Below are positions 37,399 through 44,166 of a stretch of 44,331 bases of DNA, one piece after another (within the stretch, counting starts at the first letter, position 1; the number at the start of each line of letters is the position of its first letter). Below the pieces are notes generated by a model that saw only the letters and a program-made list of their open reading frames with translations, had not been told where the DNA came from and made no database searches. The stretch is from Syntrophales bacterium (GTDB lineage: Bacteria > Desulfobacterota > Syntrophia > Syntrophales > UBA2210): positions 1-44,331 of the forward strand of contig JAUSPK010000183.1 in NCBI GenBank assembly GCA_030655735.1, read 5' to 3'. A program made the position numbers and the translations under genes.

Positions 37399-38337
37399 CT
37401 ATGCGGCGACGAATCTGTCGCCGATCCGGGATACCCGCCCGTGCCGTTCCATTCTCAGAAGGTGTTTCTTGATCGTGATGAACTCCCACATGTATACCCA
37501 GGCGTCCACGTGGAATTTCCTGCCGTATATCAATCCCAGCCGAGCCACCTCTTCCAGCGAAAGGGGCGCGGAGAGGACGGAGAGTATCTGCCTGTCTCTC
37601 TCATCGATAACCGCCAGATAGCCGTCCATGCCTGCCCGGAATTCTTCCCTGCTGAGGGTCCCCATTTCATGGCCGGTTATGAAGAATTCGGCATCGACGT
37701 TCTCTACCTCCCGGCACGATGAGATAAACTGATCGATATCGCCGTCGGACCCGGCATACCAGGGCCCGAACGGTGTGAGATCCAGATCCGCCACATAGAT
37801 CGCGCCGTACCGGGGGAAGTACATGCAACTGAAACCGCCTGAGTGTCCCGGGGCGCCGATGACGTGCATCTGCGTCTTTCCGAAATCCAGGACTTCCCCC
37901 CATTTGTATTCCCCATCCAGCCGGGCGGTTGAGAGCCACCATTCGTGGTTGTTCTGGGGGGAATAGGGGCTTCTCTCGGTCGTGGGGTCGGCGATCCGCC
38001 CAAGCCAGCCATCGACCCACTCCTTCCCGTACACCTCCTCTATGCCGATGACCGGGGGGATCGCCCTCCTGTCGCGAAAGCAGGGGGCCTCCTTGTCGTT
38101 GATGAGGATTCTGGATTCATCGAAGAGATAATTGTAGGAGATATGGTCAAAGTGAAAATGCGTGTTGAACACCATGTCGACATGGTGCTTCTTTTTCAGT
38201 TCGGTCAGTCGCTGCTGCCCCGCTCCGGGATCGACCAGGACCTTCACGTCATCGTCGATAAAAATAGAACGACAGTACGGGTATCGACTGCCGTCTTCTC
38301 CATCTACAACCTTTATAGGGCCGAATTGGAGTGTAAT
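37399..38337 (-). CDS. MBL-fold metallo-hydrolase (start probably non-canonical ATT; ORF-track GTG start at 38247 is the conservative alternative)
   Basis: The HFHFDH metal motif and HSGG are present. The conserved-looking N-terminal strand region ITLQFGPIKVVDGEDGSRYPYCRSIFIDDD lies upstream of the GTG at 38247 in the same frame. That stretch has no ATG/GTG/TTG back to the stop at 38410-38412. An ATT at 38337-38335 sits 7 nt downstream of AAGGAG. Confidence 0.6.
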   Translation of the reverse strand: MTLQFGPIKVVDGEDGSRYPYCRSIFIDDDVKVLVDPGAGQQRLTELKKKHHVDMVFNTHFHFDHISYNYLFDESRILINDKEAPCFRDRRAIPPVIGIEEVYGKEWVDGWLGRIADPTTERSPYSPQNNHEWWLSTARLDGEYKWGEVLDFGKTQMHVIGAPGHSGGFSCMYFPRYGAIYVADLDLTPFGPWYAGSDGDIDQFISSCREVENVDAEFFITGHEMGTLSREEFRAGMDGYLAVIDERDRQILSVLSAPLSLEEVARLGLIYGRKFHVDAWVYMWEFITIKKHLLRMERHGRVSRIGDRFVAA

Positions 38338-38430
38338 GTCACTTCTCCTTTGTGGGTTGCTTTCCGATACGCCCCTGCCGCGTATCTCTGAGGGCCCATG
38401 ATATACCTGTCAATGCTGGACAGGTCAACC

Positions 38431-38540
38431 ATTTGTCGATATTTTTGTCCTGGAATTTTCATCCGTCCGGCGGCAGAATACCTGACAGGAAATGTGTCAG
38501 GGCATGTGGCAGGGAAGATACCCTGAGTTGCCTGCGCATG
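38431..38540 (+). repeat. Conserved noncoding element, copy A (partner at 40620-40738)
   Basis: Hand alignment with copy B gives four ungapped blocks: atttgt 6/6; tggaattt 8/8; 20/25 across tcatccgtccggcggcagaatacct; and 25/30 across aaatgtgtcagggcatgtggcagggaagat. Small indels separate the blocks. Confidence 0.6.
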
Positions 38541-38588
38541 CCCAGGTCCCTTCCGGGTCTTTGTCTGGCATAGTGTTCTTGCTTTCCG

Positions 38589-38704
38589 CACGACACAATT
38601 GTACTATCCACTTAAAGGTAGCGTTCTCTGAAACTTCCCCCCCTCCAATCCACCTATGAAGCTGGCCTGCGTGTGCGATAGCATGTGCCATTTCCCCTCT
38701 GACG
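38589..38704. repeat. Degenerate tandem repeat unit U1 (period about 185 bp)
   Basis: It aligns with 38774-38886 at roughly 70 percent identity by hand count. The best block is atgaagctggcctgcgtgtgcgat against atgaatctggtctgcgtgtgggat (21/24). Confidence 0.55.
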
Positions 38705-38773
38705 GAGAGAGAAATTGCGTATACGTAAGTTCCTTTCACATATCCCCCTGGTTATGATGTTTTTGTTTGCATT

Positions 38774-38886
38774 AACAACACAATGGTAGTATTTACTAAA
38801 ATGTAGTGTTCATTCAAACGCCACGCTATCCGATTCACCCATGAATCTGGTCTGCGTGTGGGATGGGCACGTGCCGCTCTGTTGGG
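38774..38886. repeat. Degenerate tandem repeat unit U2
   Basis: This is the partner of U1 (see above). It contains tttactaaaatgtagtg (38792-38808), an 11/17 match to the 17-bp motif. Confidence 0.55.
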
Positions 38887-38967
38887 AAGTTCTAACGGCT
38901 GTTTTTATATGGCGGTTCGGTGCGTCGTGATACCAGGATGAGACTGCCTCGCGGCAGGCAGTAGGAC

Positions 38968-38975
38968 TGTATAAT
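38968..38975 (+). promoter_or_regulatory. Candidate extended -10 (TGTATAAT) promoter for gdhA
   Basis: TGTATAAT lies about 90 nt upstream of the gdhA ATG. The -35 region is weak. No GG-N10-GC sigma-54 match was found in this region. Confidence 0.4.
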
Positions 38976-39065
38976 GGTGTGAGGTGGGAGGAGAGGTATG
39001 GTTCCCTTTCATACCACGATGCAGGGAGATGAAAAAAACAAATGAAATGAAGGGAGAGCTTAAGT

Positions 39066-40415
39066 ATGTCAGATTTTATGAAGATGTGTGAGGCCAATAA
39101 TACGGGAGAGCCCGAGTTTCTTCAGGCAGTTTCGGAGGTTGTTGAGTCGGTGGCACCGGTCTTGGATAAGCATCCGGAATACCGCAAGGCGAAGATTCTT
39201 GAGCGCATGGTTGAGCCTGAGAGGGTTATCATGTTCCGTGTGCCCTGGGTGGATGACAGGGGCGAGGTACAGATCAACAGGGGCTACAGACTTCAGGTGA
39301 ATAGCGCGATAGGTCCCTACAAGGGCGGTTTCCGTTTTCATCCGTCGGTCAACCTGAGCATTCTCAAGTTTCTGGGGTTTGAACAGACCTTTAAGAATGC
39401 CCTGACGACCCTTCCGATGGGAGGAGCGAAAGGCGGGTCCAATTTTGATCCCAAGGGCAAGTCGGATGTTGAGGTGATGCGTTTCTGTCATAGTTTCATG
39501 TCCGAGATATTCAGGCACATCGGTCCCAATACGGACGTCCCTGCCGGCGATATCGGTGTCGGAGGGAGGGAGATAGGGTTCCTGTTCGGGATGTATAAGA
39601 AGCTGCGCAATGAATTTACGGGCGTCCTGACCGGTAAGGGCCTTACCTGGGGCGGCAGCCTGATACGTCCTGAAGCCACGGGATACGGCGCGGTCTATTT
39701 TGCAGCGGAGATGCTTGCCACGCGTGGTGAGACCCTTGAAGGGAAGACCTGTCTCGTATCCGGTTCCGGGAATGTTGCCCAGTATACGGTGGAGAAGATT
39801 CTCGACCTGGGCGGCAAGGCGGTGACTCTGTCGGATTCTTCGGGATATATATACGATGAAGAAGGCATCGATCGCGGCAAGCTGGCTTTCATCATGGAGC
39901 TCAAGAATATCAAACGCGGTCGTATCAAGGAGTATGCCGATAAGTATCCGGGGGCAGTATATACACCGATCGATCCTGCTCTCGATTACAATCCCCTCTG
40001 GAGCCACAAGGCGGACGGTGCATTCCCCTCCGCGACCCAGAATGAGGTCAATGCGAAGGACGCGAAAAATCTTGTCGCCAACGGCATCCAGTTTGTGAGC
40101 GAGGGTGCGAACATGCCGACCGTGCCGGAAGGGGTACAGACATTCGTTGACGCCGGGATCCTGTATGCGCCCGGAAAGGCCGCGAATGCCGGCGGGGTCT
40201 CCGTCTCCGGACTTGAGATGGCCCAGAACAGCATGCGTCTGAGCTGGAGCCGCGATGAAGTGGATGACTATCTGAAGAGGATCATGAAGAGCATCCACAC
40301 CGCCTCTGTCGAGGCCGCCAGTGAGTATGGCACGCCCGGCAATTACGTCAATGGCGCCAACATAGCTGGTTTCACGAAGGTCGCAGAAGCAATGATGGCC
40401 CAAGGGGTTGTGTAA
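39066..40415 (+). CDS. gdhA: NADP-specific glutamate dehydrogenase
   Basis: 449 aa. Motifs are KGGFRFHPSVNLSILKFLGFEQTFKNALTTLPMGGAKGGSNFDPKG and the dinucleotide fold LVSGSGNVAQY. A GGGAGAG Shine-Dalgarno lies upstream. Confidence 0.95.
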   Translation: MSDFMKMCEANNTGEPEFLQAVSEVVESVAPVLDKHPEYRKAKILERMVEPERVIMFRVPWVDDRGEVQINRGYRLQVNSAIGPYKGGFRFHPSVNLSILKFLGFEQTFKNALTTLPMGGAKGGSNFDPKGKSDVEVMRFCHSFMSEIFRHIGPNTDVPAGDIGVGGREIGFLFGMYKKLRNEFTGVLTGKGLTWGGSLIRPEATGYGAVYFAAEMLATRGETLEGKTCLVSGSGNVAQYTVEKILDLGGKAVTLSDSSGYIYDEEGIDRGKLAFIMELKNIKRGRIKEYADKYPGAVYTPIDPALDYNPLWSHKADGAFPSATQNEVNAKDAKNLVANGIQFVSEGANMPTVPEGVQTFVDAGILYAPGKAANAGGVSVSGLEMAQNSMRLSWSRDEVDDYLKRIMKSIHTASVEAASEYGTPGNYVNGANIAGFTKVAEAMMAQGVV

Positions 40416-40445
40416 TAGAGTAGTACAGAGAGATGTTATCACCAT

Positions 40446-40483
40446 AAGGCGGCGGCTTCCATCGACGATGGGTCCGCCGCCTT
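40446..40483 (+). terminator. Intrinsic-terminator-like hairpin after gdhA
   Basis: The stem aaggcggcgg ... ccgccgcctt is a 10-bp perfect helix with an inner ccatc-gac-gatgg helix, followed by attctat. Confidence 0.6.
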
Positions 40484-40619
40484 ATTCTATCCCCCTCCGT
40501 CCCGCTGTTCGTTGCATGGCGGTTTCACCCCGATATATATAAGAAGGTAGCGGAAGCTCCGAATCGCTGAGGCACAAAGGTTTTCTGTTGTGTGGGATCT
40601 TGCTCTGCCAAGTCGAAAT

Positions 40620-40738
40620 ATTTGTGCGTCACCTTTTTATACTGGAATTTCCAGCCGTCCGGTGGCAAAATGCCTAGGGAAGCTCTCCAAGAAATGCATC
40701 AGGGAAGGTGGCAGAGAAGATGGTCCGGGTTGCATGCG
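40620..40738 (+). repeat. Conserved noncoding element, copy B (partner at 38431-38540)
   Basis: See copy A. It ends about 25 nt upstream of the cupin start codon. Confidence 0.6.
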
Positions 40739-40762
40739 TATCAAAAGGAAGGCTGGGTAAAA

Positions 40763-41143
40763 ATGAAGGAGAAGATTATACGGAGCGATGAAGGCTCTGA
40801 GTTCTACACGGACGAGGGGAGTTTCATCCTTGAACTGTCGAACTCAGCGGAAGACGAGGCCGTTTCGATAGCGCGCGCGAGAGTGGCGCCGGGGATTACC
40901 ACGGGGCTCCACCGCCTGCGAGGTGTGACGGAGCGGTATATGATCCTTAAGGGGAAGGGGTATGTGGAGGTGGGCGATCTGCCCCCCACGGATGTTGGCC
41001 CCGGCGATGTTATCCTGATCCCTCCCGACTGCACTCAGCGGATAACGAACACCGGGACAGGGGATATGCTCTTCCTGGCCGTGTGCACGCCGCGCTTCAC
41101 CCCCGACATTTATGAAGAGGCGGGAGAAGCTCCGGGACAGTAG
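40763..41143 (+). CDS. Small single-domain cupin protein
   Basis: The ORF track gives 40592..41143. The ATG at 40763 (MKEKIIRSDEGSEF) has an AAGGAAGG Shine-Dalgarno upstream and gives 126 aa. The cupin beta-barrel pattern is GLHRLRGVTERYMILKGKGYVEVGD ... GDVILIPPDCTQRITNTG. By eye, the second His of motif 1 and the His of motif 2 look substituted (L and Q). Confidence 0.75.
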   Translation: MKEKIIRSDEGSEFYTDEGSFILELSNSAEDEAVSIARARVAPGITTGLHRLRGVTERYMILKGKGYVEVGDLPPTDVGPGDVILIPPDCTQRITNTGTGDMLFLAVCTPRFTPDIYEEAGEAPGQ

Positions 41144-41699
41144 TGTACCCTTCTGTAACACAGTGGGGGTCAAGCAGAAAGTCCTGTTTAAAAGTGTCAA
41201 AAATGCACGAGCATAGTATCCCATTAGCCCCTGTGGGGGGTGTACGGAAAAGGCATAAGACAGGGCGCGTGTTTTTGGCTCAGCTTAACTCAGCTTTTCT
41301 AGAAGAATATGTTTTGGTTCTAACGCATTACTGCCACGATGAATCATTTTATCATGCTAAAAACGGCTAAAAATAGACATACGAGAGAAACATCAGGGGG
41401 AACAGTCGGAAACGCAAAAAACTCCATGAAAACACCTCAAATCCGTGATAGGCTTACAAACAGTCAGGACGTCATAAAAATGCCCGGAGCTTGGAGGCTG
41501 GCCGGGCAGGCGATGAGATATTATTGACTACCGTCCTGTTTAGCCGAGCTCCACTACATCATATTTCTCCCCTTGTCAAACAATTTTGGTTTGGCGGAAA
41601 GAAAAAGATGGGGTCTATGTCTCAACAATCCACATTCTTATTGTTGAAATATGGCAATATAGGGACACCCCCCCATATTTGCAGGCGGCTTAATATTAG

Positions 41700-41768
41700 G
41701 ATGACCTGCTCTTCCTGGCCATCTGCACGCCGCGTTTCACCCCTGATATCTATGAAGAAGCGGATTAA
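41700..41768 (+). pseudogene. 3'-terminal remnant of a second, paralogous cupin gene
   Basis: It translates as DDLLFLAICTPRFTPDIYEEAD*, against DMLFLAVCTPRFTPDIYEEAG at 41063-41125. Identity is 51/60 nt over 41703-41762 versus 41063-41122. An in-frame TAG lies immediately upstream at 41697-41699. Confidence 0.75.
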
Positions 41769-41770
41769 TG

Positions 41771-41787
41771 GGTACAAAATTGTAGGA
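41771..41787. promoter_or_regulatory. Candidate enhancer (UAS) site, copy 2 of the shared 17-bp motif
   Basis: ggtacaaaattgtagga is centred about 104 nt upstream of the glnN -24 GG. It matches the glnA copy at 15/17. Confidence 0.5.
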
Positions 41788-41881
41788 GGTGAGCACCATA
41801 ATCAACAGAAATGTTCTTTAAATGAACGATCCTGAAGGGTGCTTCTCATGTAACTATCCGATAAAATTATAAATAAAATAT

Positions 41882-41897
41882 TGGTACGTCTCTTGCT
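41882..41897 (+). promoter_or_regulatory. Sigma-54 (-24/-12) promoter of glnN
   Basis: tTGGTACgtctcTTGCTc has exact GG-N10-GC spacing (GG 41883-84, GC 41895-96). It lies about 83 nt upstream of the glnN ATG. Confidence 0.65.
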
Positions 41898-41921
41898 CTG
41901 TCCCTCTGGGAGAGAGCAAGA
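41891..41921 (+). other. 31-nt inverted repeat overlapping the -12 element, followed by TTTTATT
   Basis: The arms tcttgctctgtccc and gggagagagcaaga flank a tct loop (14-bp arms, one mismatch). Confidence 0.5.
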
Positions 41922-41979
41922 TTTTATTGCCATATCTCTCAAACAATGAGAATCTGATATGCAATGAAAGGGGAAAATT

Positions 41980-44076
41980 ATGGATGTGACAGAAATTTTT
42001 GGTTCTAATGTTTTTAACAACAAGGTGATGAAGCAGCGCCTGCCTAAGGATGTCTGCAAGGCCCTGATGGAAACCATTGAAAACGGCACCCCGTTGCGTC
42101 CCGACATTGCCGACGTGGTCGCCAACGCCATGAAGGATTGGGCGATTGAGAAGGGCGCAACTCATTATACGCACTGGTTTCAGCCCCTGACCGGGTTTAC
42201 CGCCGAGAAGCATGACGCCTTCATCGCCTCGGCTGCGGACGGCGGCAGCACCATGGAATTTTCCGGCAAGCAGCTGATCCAGGGTGAACCGGATGCATCG
42301 TCCTTCCCCAGCGGCGGACTGCGCGCCACCTTTGAGGCCAGAGGCTACACGGCCTGGGACTGCACCTCCCCCGCGTTTTTAAAGACCGATGAAAGCGGCA
42401 ATGTGACACTGACAATTCCGACGGCCTTCTATTCCTATCATGGAGAGGCTCTCGATAAGAAGACCCCCCTGCTGCGGTCCATGGTGTCCGTCTCCAAACA
42501 GGCCCTGCGGGTTTTAAAGGCACTGGGTAATACCACCGCCACCAAGGTCATCTCGACGGTGGGTCCCGAGCAGGAATACTTCCTGGTGGACAGAGATTTT
42601 TATCTGGACAGACTTGACTTGATGCTGACCGGCAGAACGATCTTTGGTGCCCCCTCGCCCAAGGGTCAGGAGCTGGATGACCAGTATTTCGGCGCCATCA
42701 AGGACCGGGTCGCCGATTACATGTGGGATCTGAATAACGAACTCTGGAAGATGGGCATTACCTCCAAGACCCAGCATAACGAGGTTGCGCCGGCGCAGTA
42801 CGAAATGGCCCCCCTGTATGCAACCACGAACATTGCGACCGACCACAACCAGCTGGTCATGGAGACCATGCAGAAGGTTGCGCTTCGGCACGACCTGGTC
42901 TGCCTGCTCCATGAAAAACCCTATGCCGGCATCAATGGCTCGGGCAAGCACAACAACTGGTCTCTTTCCACGAGCGACGGCGTCAATCTGCTGAAACCGG
43001 GCCGTACGGCCAGCGATAATGTCCAGTTCCTCGTTTTCCTGGCCGCCCTGATCAAAGCCGTCGACACCCATGCCGACATCCTGAGGGCCACCTGCGCCAG
43101 CGCCGGAAACGATCACCGTCTGGGCGCCAACGAAGCGCCTCCGGCCATTATCTCCATCTTCATGGGGGAAGAGTTGACGGAGATCCTGGAGAATATTGCA
43201 AAGGGCAAGAAAAACGCTTCGAAAGACGCACAATTCATTAATGTCGGTGTCGATACGCTGCCCCAGTTTCCGAAGGACAATACCGACCGCAACCGGACCT
43301 CCCCCTTCGCCTTTACCGGGGATAAGTTCGAGTTCCGGACGGTTGGCTCGGCCCAATCGGTTGCCGGGGTGAATGTCGCGTTGAACACCATCGCGGCCGA
43401 AGCCCTCGACGAGATCGCCACCCGTCTTGAAAAGGCCAAGGATAAGAACGCCGAAGTGGCAGCGATCATCAAGGACATCTACAAGAAGCACGGCCGGATC
43501 CTCTTCAACGGCGACAACTATACCGACGCCTGGCTGAAAGAGGCCACAAAGCGAGGCCTGCCCAACGCGACGAACGCCGTGGACGCCTTGAAGGCCTTTG
43601 TAACCCCGAGATGCCTCAAACTCTTCGAGAAGTATGAGGTCCTCTCAAGCAAGGAGCTGCATTCCCGCTACGAGATCTATGTCGAGATCTATGCCAAGCA
43701 GATCAACATTGAAGCGATGACGGCTATCGACATGGTCAAGAGGCAGTTCCTCCCCACAGGGATTGACTACGCGACCCTCCTGGCGGATTCCTCTGCCAGT
43801 CTTAAGGGTGCGGGTATTACCGCTCTGGTCCAGAATGATCTCCTGAAGAAGGTCAGCACTCTTCTGGCCTCTGCCTACAAAAACCTGGCGAAGCTGGAAG
43901 CGGCGGCGGCAAAGGCGAAGAATACTGGCGAGACCGTCAAGCAGGCCGAAGTCTACCGGGACAAAGTTGTCCCGGCCATGAAGGCCCTGCGCGTCGATAT
44001 TGACGCACTGGAAATGCTGGTACCCGCGGATATGTGGCCCGTACCGACCTACGCTGATCTGCTCTTCAAACTATAA
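41980..44076 (+). CDS. glnN: Glutamine synthetase type III
   Basis: 698 aa. GSIII-type segments are present: [43 protein letters not shown] and [16 protein letters not shown]. An AGGGGA Shine-Dalgarno lies upstream. Confidence 0.93.
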   Translation: MDVTEIFGSNVFNNKVMKQRLPKDVCKALMETIENGTPLRPDIADVVANAMKDWAIEKGATHYTHWFQPLTGFTAEKHDAFIASAADGGSTMEFSGKQLIQGEPDASSFPSGGLRATFEARGYTAWDCTSPAFLKTDESGNVTLTIPTAFYSYHGEALDKKTPLLRSMVSVSKQALRVLKALGNTTATKVISTVGPEQEYFLVDRDFYLDRLDLMLTGRTIFGAPSPKGQELDDQYFGAIKDRVADYMWDLNNELWKMGITSKTQHNEVAPAQYEMAPLYATTNIATDHNQLVMETMQKVALRHDLVCLLHEKPYAGINGSGKHNNWSLSTSDGVNLLKPGRTASDNVQFLVFLAALIKAVDTHADILRATCASAGNDHRLGANEAPPAIISIFMGEELTEILENIAKGKKNASKDAQFINVGVDTLPQFPKDNTDRNRTSPFAFTGDKFEFRTVGSAQSVAGVNVALNTIAAEALDEIATRLEKAKDKNAEVAAIIKDIYKKHGRILFNGDNYTDAWLKEATKRGLPNATNAVDALKAFVTPRCLKLFEKYEVLSSKELHSRYEIYVEIYAKQINIEAMTAIDMVKRQFLPTGIDYATLLADSSASLKGAGITALVQNDLLKKVSTLLASAYKNLAKLEAAAAKAKNTGETVKQAEVYRDKVVPAMKALRVDIDALEMLVPADMWPVPTYADLLFKL

Positions 44077-44102
44077 CAGTCGCTAACTGCATTCAGACAA
44101 AA

Positions 44103-44133
44103 GGGCCGGTTTCGAAAAACCGGCCCTTTTTTT
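44103..44133. terminator. Rho-independent terminator after glnN (A-tract upstream makes it potentially bidirectional)
   Basis: gggccggttt-cgaa-aaaccggccc is a 10-bp perfect stem with a tetraloop, followed by seven T. It sits between glnN and a convergent gene. Confidence 0.85.
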
Positions 44134-44166
44134 AGCGGTGAGCATTACTGTTTGAAATCATGTCTG

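Noticed and set aside
37399-37401. TAG between the MBL gene and the in-frame radical SAM remnant as programmed read-through or pyrrolysine, giving a fusion protein
   Set aside because: Being in the same frame has a one-in-three chance expectation. A fusion would still lack the CxxxCxxC cluster. The 15 residues after the TAG resemble neither family, and no pyl genes are visible in the window.
38565-38581. Sigma-54-like sequence TGGCATagtgttcTTGC downstream of element A
   Set aside because: The spacing is GG-N12-GC rather than the required GG-N10-GC. Similar near-misses were also discarded: 38680-38664 on the minus strand (TGGCACatgctatcGC, N11) and 36452-36437 on the minus strand (GG-N10-CC).
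38656-38930. Two short Cys-containing plus-strand ORFs (38656-38757, MKLACVCDSMCHF...; 38841-38930, MNLVCVWDGHV...) as possible RiPP precursors for the nearby radical SAM/SPASM gene
   Set aside because: They have no Shine-Dalgarno; the upstream sequence is ccacct/caccc. Only the first nine codons are conserved before an indel shifts the frame. They lie on the opposite strand from the maturase remnant, which itself lacks its catalytic N-terminus. A selenocysteine read-through idea for the TGA stops has no supporting SECIS-like evidence that I can verify.
39069-40445. 458-aa ORF on the minus strand covering almost the whole of gdhA
   Set aside because: It is exactly antisense to an unmistakable glutamate dehydrogenase gene. 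Its translation is R/G/L/H-rich with no recognisable motif and no ribosome-binding site. It is a typical shadow ORF in GC-rich coding DNA.
40592-40762. Shared WNF(H/Q)PSGG(R/K)(I/M)P peptide encoded by both copies of the conserved element, as a possible leader peptide or protein domain
   Set aside because: A 10-nt length difference between the copies puts the second conserved block in a different frame. Conservation is therefore at the nucleotide level. There is no convincing start codon or Shine-Dalgarno for such a peptide in copy A.
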